This document shows positions 11,177 to 20,287 of a stretch of DNA of 64,000 bases, piece by piece. The notes beneath the pieces were generated by a model, which was not told the origin of the DNA, ran no database searches, and saw only the letters and a list, made by a program, of their open reading frames with translations. This DNA comes from Alphaproteobacteria bacterium (GTDB lineage Bacteria; Pseudomonadota; Alphaproteobacteria; SHVP01). Position 1 is the first letter of the stretch, and each line of letters starts with the position of its first letter. The position numbers and the translations under genes are program-made. The DNA lies in assembly GCA_038148335.1 (NCBI GenBank), contig JAYQVF010000001.1, positions 6,476-70,475 on the forward strand. The letters run 5' to 3'.

Positions 11177-12232
11177 CTAGCGTACATCGGCGCCGACGAC
11201 GTCGGCGATCCGGCTCAGGCCGTCGCGCGCCAACAGCTCTTCCAGCCGCGCGCCGATGCGGGTGATCAGGGCCGGCCCCTGGTAGACCAACGCCGTGTAG
11301 AGCTGGACCAATGTCGCGCCGGCCCTGATCTTCGCGTAGGCGTCGTCGCCCGACGAAATGCCGCCGACGCCGACCAGCGGCAGCTTGCCGCCGCTCAGGC
11401 GGTAGGCCGCGCGCAGCATCGCCGTCGATTTCTCGAACAGCGGCCGTCCCGACAGGCCGCCGGTTTCGCCGGCCTGGGCGGCGCGCAGCGATGAGGGACG
11501 ATCGATGGTGGTATTCGAGACGATGAGGCCGTCCATGCCGGTCTCGCAGGCAGTGTCGACGATGGCCCCCAGTTCGGACTCGTCGAGATCGGGCGCGATC
11601 TTCACGAGGAGCGGCGGGCGGCGCCTTGCCGCCTGGCGGGCGTCCTGCACCCGGCCCAAGAGCTTCGCGAAATGTTCCTTGCGCTGCAGGTCGCGCAGGC
11701 CCGGTGTGTTGGGGGATGAGATATTGACGACCAGGTAGTCGGCCATGTCGGCAAATCGCGAAATGCCGGCGACGTAGTCCTCGATCGGATCGCCGCTATC
11801 CTTGTTGGCGCCGATGTTGACGCCGACGATGCCCCGGCACGCGCGGCGTTGCCGCGACAGGTTCGCGGCAAACCGGTCGTGTCCGACGCTGTTGAAGCCG
11901 AAGCGATTGATGACGGCTTCGTCCTCGCGCAGACGGAAGATCCGGGGTCGCGGATTGCCCGGCTGGGGACGCGGCGTCACGGTGCCGGCCTCCACGAACC
12001 CGAGCCCCAGTCCCAGCATCGCGCACGGCACCTCGGCATGCTTGTCGAAGCCTGCGGCGAGCCCGACCGGGTTGGGGAATTCCAGGCCGAAGGCCTGAGT
12101 CGCCAGGCGATTCGAAACGTAGGTTCGTGGGGCGCGGAGCAGTCCGGTGCGGAGCGCCGCGATGGTGAGGGCGTGAGCCTTTTCGGGCTCTAGGGCAAAC
12201 AGGACCGGGCGGGCCAGATCAAAAAGAGACAT
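11177..12232 (-). CDS. pyrD: dihydroorotate dehydrogenase (quinone), class 2
   Basis: Start taken at the internal ATG (MSLFDLARP). FMN/TIM-barrel PyrD motifs (GFNSVG, GVNIGANKD, IVSNTT). Confidence 0.9.
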   Translation of the reverse strand: MSLFDLARPVLFALEPEKAHALTIAALRTGLLRAPRTYVSNRLATQAFGLEFPNPVGLAAGFDKHAEVPCAMLGLGLGFVEAGTVTPRPQPGNPRPRIFRLREDEAVINRFGFNSVGHDRFAANLSRQRRACRGIVGVNIGANKDSGDPIEDYVAGISRFADMADYLVVNISSPNTPGLRDLQRKEHFAKLLGRVQDARQAARRRPPLLVKIAPDLDESELGAIVDTACETGMDGLIVSNTTIDRPSSLRAAQAGETGGLSGRPLFEKSTAMLRAAYRLSGGKLPLVGVGGISSGDDAYAKIRAGATLVQLYTALVYQGPALITRIGARLEELLARDGLSRIADVVGADVR

Positions 12233-12237
12233 GGGCG

Positions 12238-12969
12238 TCAGAACAGGCTTGCTTGCCGGGGCCCCGGTTCCACCGGGTCGAGGCAATGAGGGTCGTCGTT
12301 CTTCACACTGTTCACGCGCGGCCCCACGGGCGTGACGGTCACCTCGACGTGGTCCGGATTCAAGAAGTCGTCGAGTGCAGCCGCCGGCGTCTCGGGCGCA
12401 AGCCAGGGATCGAAGGCGGGCGGCGCCAGGACGACCGGCATGCGGTCGTGGGTATTGGCAACCGACGGCAGCGCCGGGCCAGTGATGATGGAAAAGGTCT
12501 CGACGATCTCGCCGGCGGGCCCGATATCGCGCGGACTACCCTGGCTGACCTCCTTGGGGCGGACCCAGGACTCCCAGACACCGGCAAAAGAGAAAAGTTC
12601 ACCCTCTGGGGGGCGGATCACGTAGGCCTGACGCACGCCGTCGATGTCCTTCCATTCGTAGTAGCCGTCCGCCGGGACGATGCAGCGTCGCCGCTGGAAG
12701 CTGTCGCGAAAGGCCGGCTTAGTTGCCACGGATTCGCGGCGGGCGTTGATCGTGCGCGCGCCAATCGAGAGATCGCCTGCCCAGGACGGCACCAGGCCCC
12801 AACGCAACATCACCATCTCCAGGTGGCCGGCGTCGGCGCGCCGGACCACGGGCATGATGTCCGTCGGGGCGACATTGAACCGCGCCGGGAAATTGGGCAC
12901 CGGTCCAACAAGTCCGAACAACCGCCGCATGGCTTCGGCCGGAGACAACAAGAGATAGCGCCCGCACAT
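12238..12969 (-). CDS. SOS-response-associated peptidase (SRAP/YedK/HMCES family), abasic-site processing protein
   Basis: N-terminal MCGRY with the catalytic Cys2, the WKD motif and ~240 aa length are diagnostic of SRAP. Confidence 0.85.
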   Translation of the reverse strand: MCGRYLLLSPAEAMRRLFGLVGPVPNFPARFNVAPTDIMPVVRRADAGHLEMVMLRWGLVPSWAGDLSIGARTINARRESVATKPAFRDSFQRRRCIVPADGYYEWKDIDGVRQAYVIRPPEGELFSFAGVWESWVRPKEVSQGSPRDIGPAGEIVETFSIITGPALPSVANTHDRMPVVLAPPAFDPWLAPETPAAALDDFLNPDHVEVTVTPVGPRVNSVKNDDPHCLDPVEPGPRQASLF

Positions 12970-13068
12970 GGCGGCATCCTATCCATTCGCCCCGGCACCG
13001 CAACGCGCCCGGTTTGACCCTGCCCGGCCGGAATCCGACAATGTCGGCACACAGACAACGAGGCGGCG

Positions 13069-13932
13069 ATGGCGTCGAATATCGCGGACGAGGGACTCTT
13101 CTATTTCGATGGCACGTGGAGCGAATCGAACCCGAAGATCGTCGGGCCCGCGACGCACGCGTTCTGGATGTCGTCTGTCGTGTTCGACGGCGCCCGGGCG
13201 TTCGACGGCCTGGCCCCCGACCTCGACCTCCATTGCCAGCGCCTGATCCGGTCAGCCCGCGCGATCGGCCTGACGCCGCCGGTCCAATGGCAGGAGGTGT
13301 TCGACCTGTGCGTCGAGGGGGTTCGGCGAATGCCGAAGAACGCCCAGCTCTACATCCGGCCGGCGATCTTCGCCGAGAACGGTTTCGTCAATCCGGACGC
13401 CGACAGCGCCCGGTTCGTGCTGGCCATCCTGAACTCGCCCATGCCCGGCTTCCGGGGCTTCACCGCCTGCCTGTCGCCGTTCCGCCGGCCGGCGCGCGAC
13501 ATGGCTCCCACCGACGCCAAGGCATCGGCCCTCTATCCGAACAGCGGAAGGGCTCTTCGCGACGCGGCGGCGCGCGGTTTCGACAACGCGGTCATTCTCG
13601 ACCCGAACGGCAACGTCGCCGAGTTTGCGACCGCGAACCTGTGGATCGCGAAGAACGGCACGGCCATCACCCCGGCCGCCAACGGCACCTTCCTGAGCGG
13701 GATCACGCAGGCCCGGGTGATCGACCTGTTGCGCAGCGATGGCTTGGCCGTCGAGGAGCGCGCCATGACGTTCGCCGACGTCCTGGATGCGGACGAGGTG
13801 TTCAATACGGGCAACTACGGCAAGGTCATGCCGGTAACGCGGATCGAGGAGAGAGAACTGCAGCCCGGCCCCGTCGCCCGGCGCGCCTACGACCTGTACA
13901 TGGAATACGCCAAGGGCAGCAGCGTTTTCTAG
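13069..13932 (+). CDS. class IV (fold-type IV) PLP aminotransferase, branched-chain/D-amino-acid aminotransferase-like
   Basis: 287 aa with a BCAT/DAAT-like fold and length. The exact specificity cannot be assigned from sequence. Confidence 0.75.
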   Translation: MASNIADEGLFYFDGTWSESNPKIVGPATHAFWMSSVVFDGARAFDGLAPDLDLHCQRLIRSARAIGLTPPVQWQEVFDLCVEGVRRMPKNAQLYIRPAIFAENGFVNPDADSARFVLAILNSPMPGFRGFTACLSPFRRPARDMAPTDAKASALYPNSGRALRDAAARGFDNAVILDPNGNVAEFATANLWIAKNGTAITPAANGTFLSGITQARVIDLLRSDGLAVEERAMTFADVLDADEVFNTGNYGKVMPVTRIEERELQPGPVARRAYDLYMEYAKGSSVF

Positions 13933-15491
13933 CCGGCGGGCTGCAACCTGGAACGCATCAGCTCGAGGAAGTTGTCGAGGCCGTAGAGAGCAACGAAGGA
14001 GCCCATGCGCGGTCCTTCGCTCTGGCCGAACAGCACCTCGTACAGGGTGCCGAACCAGTCGCGCAGGTTGGGGAAATTGTGGCGCTTTCCCACCTCGTAA
14101 ATCTTGTTCTGGATGGCTTCGGCGTCCGAAGTCGCCGCCAGGCCTTCGAGCTCGCGCTGGAGGTCTTCCAGAGCCGCCCGTTCGCTGGGCGTCGGACCGC
14201 GGAACGACTTGGTCGGCTCGACGAAGTCCCGGTAGTAGGCAATGGCGTAGTGCACCAGTCGATCGAGCAACGGGTGATTGGCCGGATTCGCATCGTGGAT
14301 GTAGCGGCCAACGAAACCCCACAGCACCGCCGGATCGTCCGTGTTGCAGGCGCTGACCAGGTTCAACAGGATTCCGAACCCCAGCGGCAGATCCTCTGCC
14401 GGGACGTGTTCTCCGTGGATGTGCCACACGGGATTATCGAGGCGGGCATTGCGGTCGTCAGACTCGTGGTAGCGCTTCAGGAACGATGCATATTCATCGA
14501 CCGCCTTGGGGATGACGTCGAAGTAGAGGCGCTTGGCCTTGCGCGGTGACTGGAACATGTAGAGCGCGAGGCTCTCGGGCGAGGCGTAGCGCAGCCAGTC
14601 CTCGAGCGCGAGACCGTTGCCGCGCGACTTGGATATCTTCTCGCCGTTCTCGTCAAGGAAGAGTTCGTAGTTGAAGCCTTCCGGCGGCCGGCCACCGAGA
14701 ATGCTGCAAATCCGGCTTGAAAGCCGGACCGAGTCGATCAGGTCCTTGCCGGACATCTCGTAGTCGACTTCCAGGGCTCGCCAGCGCATCGCCCAGTCCG
14801 CCTTCCACTGGAGCTTGACGCGGCCGCCCGTTACCGGGAGTTCGACCTTCTCGCCGTCGGGCTCTTGGTAAACGATGGTCCCGGCATCGGGATCGCGATG
14901 GACGAGCGGCACCTGCAGGACCTCGCCCGACTTCGGCGACACCGGCAGGAACGGGCTGTAGGTCGCCCGACGATCCGCGCCGAGAGTCGGCAGGATGACC
15001 TCGGTGACTTCGTCGTAGTGCTTCAGCACCTCGAGCAGCACCGCGTCGAACATTCCGCTGCGATAGCATTCCGTGGCGCTCTTGAACTCGTACTCAAAAC
15101 CGAACTGGTCGAGAAACGTGCGCAGCCGCGCATTGTTGTGGTGACCGAAACTCTCGTGCGTCCCGAACGGATCGGGCACCGAGGTCAGCGGCTTGCCCAG
15201 GTGCTTTGCCAGTTCCTCCTGGTTCGGGACGTTGTCCGGCACCTTGCGTAACCCGTCCATATCGTCGGAGAAGGCAAAAAGACGGGTGGGCAAGTCGGAC
15301 AACTCGGCAAAAGCGCGGCGTACCATTGTCGTGCGCGCGACCTCGCCGAATGTGCCGATATGCGGCAGGCCGGAGGGGCCATAGCCGGTCTCGAACAGCA
15401 CATATCCCTTGCTGGGCGGCTGCTCCTTGTAGCGCTCAACGAGCGCCTGAGCCTCCTGAAAAGGCCAGGATTTTTGCTGATTCTGGGACAT
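13929..15491 (-). CDS. lysK: lysine--tRNA ligase, class I (archaeal-type LysRS)
   Basis: 520 aa with an HIGH-like motif (PSGLPHIGT) and a KMSKS-like motif (KISKSRGNG); N-terminus typical of class I LysRS. Confidence 0.85.
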   Translation of the reverse strand: MSQNQQKSWPFQEAQALVERYKEQPPSKGYVLFETGYGPSGLPHIGTFGEVARTTMVRRAFAELSDLPTRLFAFSDDMDGLRKVPDNVPNQEELAKHLGKPLTSVPDPFGTHESFGHHNNARLRTFLDQFGFEYEFKSATECYRSGMFDAVLLEVLKHYDEVTEVILPTLGADRRATYSPFLPVSPKSGEVLQVPLVHRDPDAGTIVYQEPDGEKVELPVTGGRVKLQWKADWAMRWRALEVDYEMSGKDLIDSVRLSSRICSILGGRPPEGFNYELFLDENGEKISKSRGNGLALEDWLRYASPESLALYMFQSPRKAKRLYFDVIPKAVDEYASFLKRYHESDDRNARLDNPVWHIHGEHVPAEDLPLGFGILLNLVSACNTDDPAVLWGFVGRYIHDANPANHPLLDRLVHYAIAYYRDFVEPTKSFRGPTPSERAALEDLQRELEGLAATSDAEAIQNKIYEVGKRHNFPNLRDWFGTLYEVLFGQSEGPRMGSFVALYGLDNFLELMRSRLQPAG

Positions 15492-15613
15492 GATCCTCTC
15501 GCGGCCGGCAACCTAGGCGCAGCCCACCGGTGCGGTCAATAGCCGCGCGGCAAGGGTTGCTGCTACGGACGGCAGTCCCTAAATTGCCGCCACCTCAAAC
15601 CGGGAAGCGATCG

Positions 15614-16024
15614 ATGTCCGTTAAGGAAGAACACCAGGCCCTGATCTACGTAATGGTTCTCATGTCGGCTGCCGACAGCGACATGACAGACAGGGAACTG
15701 TTCACCATCGGCGAAATCGTCAAGACCCTTCCGATCTTTGCGGGCATGGATCTCGAGAAACTCCCCGAGACGGCGGAGCATTGCGCCGACATGCTGTCCA
15801 AGGAGAAGGGGCTCGACGACGTTCTGGCATTCATCTCCAAGGCCCTGCCGGCCCGGCTTCACGAAACCGCCTACGCTCTCGCTTGCGATATCGCGGCGGT
15901 CGAAGGGCGCCTGCGCAGCGAGGAAATCAAGCTTCTTGAATTCCTGCGGCACCGCCTGGAAGTGGGGCGCTTGCCGGCCGCAGCGATCGAACGCGGCGCC
16001 AAGGCGCGCTACCAGAAGCTCTAG
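15614..16024 (+). CDS. TerB-like (tellurite-resistance TerB family) small protein
   Basis: 136 aa all-alpha protein; internal ATG with an upstream GAAGCGA. The LIYVMVLMSAADSDMTDRE...LACDIAAVEG pattern resembles TerB-family domains. Confidence 0.55.
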   Translation: MSVKEEHQALIYVMVLMSAADSDMTDRELFTIGEIVKTLPIFAGMDLEKLPETAEHCADMLSKEKGLDDVLAFISKALPARLHETAYALACDIAAVEGRLRSEEIKLLEFLRHRLEVGRLPAAAIERGAKARYQKL

Positions 16025-16641
16025 AGACCCTTCACGAACGAAGCCGCGGCGGCGATCGCGTCGTCGAGGTTTTGATCGTGCGTGCGGCCCGATGCCTTGC
16101 GCGGCTTCAGGTCATGATCGCCGTCTTCCAACCAGAAGACCCGAATCGACGAACTGAGGTCATAGCTTTCAACCTCTGCCCGATTGCCGAGCGCGTCGCG
16201 CGTTCCCTGCAGGACGATCGACGGGGTACGCAATGCCTGCAGGTGCTGGGTGCGCGTCTGTTGCGGACGGCCGGCGGGATGAAACGGGTAGGAAAAACAC
16301 AACCAGCCCGCGACACCCTCGGCATCGGCGATCATCGATGCGATCCTGCCGCCCATGCTTTTGCCGCCGACGACCAGCCTTGCCGGATCCCCCAGGTCGG
16401 CAATCACCGCCGACCAGGTTTCCTGCAGCACCCTGGCGCGGTCGGGCCCGCGCCGCGTGCCCTCGGTCCGCCGTTTCGCCATATAGGGAAATTCAAAGCG
16501 CACCACGCGCAGGCCCGACGCGGCCAGTCCCTGGGCAACCCGCGCCATGAAGGGCGAATCCATGGGTGCACCGGCGCCGTGCGCCAGAACGACAGTCCTC
16601 GCGGCCTTAGGCCCATCGATCAGGTAGTCGGTCATCGCCAT
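16021..16641 (-). CDS. alpha/beta-fold hydrolase (COG3571/KANL3-like)
   Basis: 206 aa with VVLAHGAGAPMDS and the nucleophile elbow GGKSMGG; starts 12 nt downstream of tRNA-Gly on the same strand. Confidence 0.7.
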   Translation of the reverse strand: MAMTDYLIDGPKAARTVVLAHGAGAPMDSPFMARVAQGLAASGLRVVRFEFPYMAKRRTEGTRRGPDRARVLQETWSAVIADLGDPARLVVGGKSMGGRIASMIADAEGVAGWLCFSYPFHPAGRPQQTRTQHLQALRTPSIVLQGTRDALGNRAEVESYDLSSSIRVFWLEDGDHDLKPRKASGRTHDQNLDDAIAAAASFVKGL

Positions 16642-16652
16642 GGCAGAGAGAT

Positions 16653-16726
16653 TGGAGCGGGTGAAGGGAATCGAACCCTCGTCGTAAGCTTGGGAAGCTT
16701 CTGCTCTACCATTGAGCTACACCCGC
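16653..16726 (-). tRNA. tRNA-Gly (anticodon CCC)
   Basis: The reverse complement gives GCGGGTGTAGCTCAATGGTAGAGCAGAAGCTTCCCAAGCTTACGACGAGGGTTCGATTCCCTTCACCCGCTCCA. This is a cloverleaf with a TTCCCAA anticodon loop, a GGTTCGATTCC T-arm and encoded CCA; it is nearly identical to E. coli tRNA-Gly(CCC). Confidence 0.92.
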
Positions 16727-16871
16727 GCTGGCCGGATTCTCTGGAGAGATTTCAGGAAAATCAAGCCGTCACGGCGGTCATTCACGGGGTTCCCAATTGA
16801 CAGGGGCGGCCGGTAACGAAATCGTCGCCCCTGGCATCGAATCAGCGCAGACCCCATCCGCCGAAGGACCC

Positions 16872-17822
16872 ATGGCGACCATCGAACGCGACCTACCGGC
16901 TACCATGCCACACTTTGCCGATCCTCATGTTACGGCGGATGGTAGCGAACGCGCGTACGTTCGCCTCACGGCGCTCGAAACGCTTTGGTTCAATACCGGG
17001 ACGCTGTGCAACCTGACATGCACTCACTGCTACATCGAATCGAGCCCGACCAACGACCGTTTGGCCTACATCACGGCAGACGAAGTCGCCGCCTTCCTCG
17101 ACGAGATTCGGAGCCGAGACCTGCCGACAAGGGAGATCGGCCTGACAGGCGGCGAGCCGTTCATGAATCCCGATATCGCGATCATTCTCGACGAAGCCCT
17201 GTCGCGAGGGTTTGATGTTCTCGTGCTGACGAACGCGATGACGCCCATGCGCCATCATCGCCGTACCTTGACGCGACTGCAGGAAAACTATGGGCGAGCG
17301 CTCGCCCTGCGGGTTTCTCTGGATCACTACACCCGGGAGCGGCATGAGAGCGAACGCGGATCGCCGACGTGGGATCGCACCCTTGACGGCTTGAAGTGGC
17401 TTGCGCAAAGCGGCTTCAACGTCGCCGTCGCGACGAGGACGCTTTGGGGCGACCAAGAACCCGTCCTGAGACAGGGTTTCGCCGACCTGTTCCGCGCGCA
17501 CGGAATCGAGATCGAGGCGCAGGACCCGACACGCCTCGTCGTCTTTCCCGAGATGGACGCAACGACGCCGGTTCCGGAAATCACAACCGCGTGCTGGTCG
17601 ATCCTCGACGTCAATCCCGACGCGATGATGTGCGCGACCTCGCGCATGGTCGTGAAGCGGAAAGGTGCCACCGCCCCCGCCGTCGTTGCCTGCACCCTCC
17701 TGCCCTACGATCAGCAATTCGAGCTTGGCGGCACGCTCGCCGAAAGCGCTGACGAGGTTCGCCTCAATCACCCGCACTGCGCCAAGTTCTGCGTCCTCGG
17801 CGGCGGCTCCTGCGGGGCCTGA
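16872..17822 (+). CDS. radical SAM protein with C-terminal Cys-rich domain (rSAM/Cys-rich, ArsS-like family)
   Basis: CNLTCTHC matches CxxxCxxC, followed by the GGEPF glycine-rich SAM motif and a Cys-rich tail (CAKFCVLGGGSCGA). The ORF opens at 16797; start assigned to the ATG at 16872 (MATIERD) and is uncertain. Confidence 0.7.
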   Translation: MATIERDLPATMPHFADPHVTADGSERAYVRLTALETLWFNTGTLCNLTCTHCYIESSPTNDRLAYITADEVAAFLDEIRSRDLPTREIGLTGGEPFMNPDIAIILDEALSRGFDVLVLTNAMTPMRHHRRTLTRLQENYGRALALRVSLDHYTRERHESERGSPTWDRTLDGLKWLAQSGFNVAVATRTLWGDQEPVLRQGFADLFRAHGIEIEAQDPTRLVVFPEMDATTPVPEITTACWSILDVNPDAMMCATSRMVVKRKGATAPAVVACTLLPYDQQFELGGTLAESADEVRLNHPHCAKFCVLGGGSCGA

Positions 17823-17871
17823 AACCGGCATTCGCCCTTGACGCAACCGGGCGTAAAGCGTAGTTAGCCCG

Positions 17872-17960
17872 CGTGGTGATTTGAGCCGACCGGCTTGCGG
17901 CCACGTAAAAGAAGCAGCTTAAAAGGTCGGAGCGACAACCCGGCTCCTGCCGGGTTTTTT
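17872..17960 (+). ncRNA. candidate SAM-II-type riboswitch (metA/metZ leader) with intrinsic-terminator expression platform
   Basis: GUGAUUUGAGCCGACCGGCUUGCGGCCACGUAAAAGAAGCAGCUUAAAAGG shows a GCUUGC-loop hairpin and an A-rich AAAAG...GCU.AAAAGG tail characteristic of SAM-II. It is followed by the hairpin CCCGGC-UCCU-GCCGGG (17939..17954) and a U6 tract at 17955..17960, 15 nt before the metZ ATG. Confidence 0.5.
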
Positions 17961-17975
17961 GTTGGGAGCTGGACA

Positions 17976-19178
17976 ATGGCCGACACAGGGAAACGCAAGG
18001 ACTCGACACGCTGGCGGCGGCAGACGCTCGCGGTGCGCGGCGGGCAATCACGCTCGAATTTCGGCGAAACGAGCGAGCCGATCTATCTGACCTCCGGTTA
18101 CGTCTACGACGCTGCCGAGCAGGCGGAGGCGCGGTTCAAGGGACAGGACGACGGGTTCATCTATTCACGGTTCTCCAATCCGACCGTCGCCACCTTCGAG
18201 GAACGTATCGCAGCCATCGAGGGCGCCGAACGCGCAATGGCGACCGCAACCGGGATGGCCGCGGTGAATGCCGCGCTGATGTGCCAGCTGAAAGCCGGCG
18301 ATCACGTCGTCTCGGCGCGGGCACTCTTCGGGTCTTGCCGCTACATCGTCGACGAAATCTTGCCGCGCTTCGGCGTCGAGGTGACCCTGGTCGACGGCGG
18401 CGACCTCGATCAATGGAAAGCGGCGCTGCGTTCCACGACAGTGTGCGGCTTTCTCGAGACGCCTTCCAACCCGATGCTCGACATCGTCGACCTGCAGGGG
18501 GTTGCCAATATCCTCCACGCCGCAGGCGCGCGCCTTGTCGTCGACAACGCCTTCGCCACGCCGGCGCTGCAGCGGCCCGGCGAGTTCGGCGCCGACATCG
18601 TCGTCTACTCCGCAACCAAGCATATCGACGGCCAGGGCCGTTGCCTGGGCGGCGTCGTTCTCGCCAGCGATTCGTTCATCGAGGACACGCTGAAGCCCTA
18701 TCTCAGACATACCGGACCGGCGTTGAGCCCATTCAACGCCTGGGTCATGCTGAAGGGGCTCGAGACGCTGAACCTACGTGTGGAGCGGCACTGCGCCTCG
18801 GCCGCGGCGATTACCGACTATCTTGCCAAACACGGCAAGGTGTCGCGCGTGATCTATCCGTTTCTCGCCAGTCACCCCGGCAATACGCTGGCGCGCAAGC
18901 AGATGAGCGCCGGCGGTGGCATCATCACCTTCGATATCGAAGGGGGAAAGGAAGCAGCGTTCCGCTTTCTCAATGCCCTGAAGATCGTCGATATTTCCAA
19001 CAACCTCGGCGATTCGAAGAGCCTGATTACGCATCCGGCTACCACAACCCATCAACGGGTCGACGAGGCGGAGCGGCTGGCCCTAGGAATTCTGCCGACG
19101 ACCGTGCGCCTTTCGGTCGGACTTGAGGATGTGGATGATCTGATGGACGATATCGACCAGGCGCTGGCGGCCTGCTAG
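17976..19178 (+). CDS. metZ: O-succinylhomoserine sulfhydrylase
   Basis: ATG at 17976 preceded by GGGAG. Cys/Met-metabolism PLP enzyme with SNP...FE motifs and the PLP-Lys region ([10 protein letters not shown]). Confidence 0.88.
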   Translation: MADTGKRKDSTRWRRQTLAVRGGQSRSNFGETSEPIYLTSGYVYDAAEQAEARFKGQDDGFIYSRFSNPTVATFEERIAAIEGAERAMATATGMAAVNAALMCQLKAGDHVVSARALFGSCRYIVDEILPRFGVEVTLVDGGDLDQWKAALRSTTVCGFLETPSNPMLDIVDLQGVANILHAAGARLVVDNAFATPALQRPGEFGADIVVYSATKHIDGQGRCLGGVVLASDSFIEDTLKPYLRHTGPALSPFNAWVMLKGLETLNLRVERHCASAAAITDYLAKHGKVSRVIYPFLASHPGNTLARKQMSAGGGIITFDIEGGKEAAFRFLNALKIVDISNNLGDSKSLITHPATTTHQRVDEAERLALGILPTTVRLSVGLEDVDDLMDDIDQALAAC

Positions 19179-19216
19179 CCGTCGGTGCCGCAGCGTTCAT
19201 TTCGTGGGCCGGTAAC

Positions 19217-19609
19217 ATGTACGACCGTACGACGCGCGGTATCCGCATCCGGGTCGAACCGTTCTATCTCGAGGATCAGTCGACGCCGGATCAGGACCAC
19301 TACGTCTGGGCCTATCGCGTCAAGATCGAGAACACCGGGATGGAGCGGGTCCAGTTGCTGAACCGCTATTGGAAGATCACGGACGCCGCCGGACGGATCA
19401 AGGAAGTGCGCGGACCCGGCGTCGTCGGCGAGCAGCCCGTACTGGACCCTGGTGAATCGTTCGAGTACACCAGCGGCACGCCGTTGACGACACCGTCGGG
19501 GATCATGGTCGGAAGCTACGAGATGACCACCGACCGGGGCGACACGTTTCCGGTCGATATTCCCGCGTTCTCTCTCGACAGCCCTCACGAGCAATCGACG
19601 CTCAACTAG
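19217..19609 (+). CDS. apaG: ApaG domain protein
   Basis: 130 aa with the GIRIRVEP...[11 protein letters not shown] pattern typical of ApaG/DUF525. Confidence 0.85.
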   Translation: MYDRTTRGIRIRVEPFYLEDQSTPDQDHYVWAYRVKIENTGMERVQLLNRYWKITDAAGRIKEVRGPGVVGEQPVLDPGESFEYTSGTPLTTPSGIMVGSYEMTTDRGDTFPVDIPAFSLDSPHEQSTLN

Positions 19610-19635
19610 CGCGAACCGCCGCAAAGGAAGCCATC

Positions 19636-20259
19636 GTGGACAAGCCAATGAAGGAAGGAGTCGGTTCGTCGCAAGGTCGGCCGAGTCGGGAAGAAGCCGA
19701 AGAGGCCGTCCGTACGCTGCTGCGCTATGCCGGCGACGACGTCGAACGCGAAGGATTGATCGACACGCCCGCCCGGGTTGTCCGGTCGTACGACGAGTTT
19801 TTCGCCGGCTACCAGGACGACGCCATCGAATACCTGCAGCGGACCTTCGAGGAAACCGATGGCTACGACGAAATGGTCGTGCTGCGCGACATCCGCGTCG
19901 AATCGCATTGCGAGCATCACATGCTGCCCATCATTGGCCGCGCGCATGTCGGCTATATGCCCAACAACCGCGTTGTCGGCATCAGCAAGCTTGCCCGCGT
20001 CGTCGATGCCTATGCCAAGCGCCTGCAGGTGCAGGAAAAGATGACCGCGCAGATTGCGACCTGCATCGACAGCGTGCTGCGTCCCAAGGGAGTGGCCGTG
20101 GTCATCGACGCCGCACACCAATGCATGACCATGCGCGGCGTGCACAAGCCGGGCGTCAGCATGGTCACCAGCCACATGATCGGTGCCTTTCGCGACGATG
20201 CCACGACGCGGCGCGAATTCCTGAATATCATCAGTAGCCCGTCGAACCAGTCCGGTTAG
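19636..20259 (+). CDS. folE: GTP cyclohydrolase I
   Basis: 207 aa with the CEHHMLP and VGYMPN motifs; GTG start with AGGAAG upstream. Confidence 0.93.
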   Translation: MDKPMKEGVGSSQGRPSREEAEEAVRTLLRYAGDDVEREGLIDTPARVVRSYDEFFAGYQDDAIEYLQRTFEETDGYDEMVVLRDIRVESHCEHHMLPIIGRAHVGYMPNNRVVGISKLARVVDAYAKRLQVQEKMTAQIATCIDSVLRPKGVAVVIDAAHQCMTMRGVHKPGVSMVTSHMIGAFRDDATTRREFLNIISSPSNQSG

Positions 20260-20287
20260 GGACGGTCCGGCGCGCGAGGCTCGTGCG

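Noticed and set aside
13014-14549. 511-aa plus-strand ORF and 391-aa minus-strand ORF (13252..14427)
   Set aside because: They overlap the class IV aminotransferase and the class I LysRS in other frames and have no domain signatures. The conserved genes explain the region.
17939-17960. GC hairpin plus U6 as a simple terminator of the upstream radical-SAM gene
   Set aside because: Cannot be excluded. It lies 117 nt past the rSAM stop and only 15 nt before the metZ ATG, directly after a riboswitch-like aptamer, so a conditional attenuator is the more economical reading.
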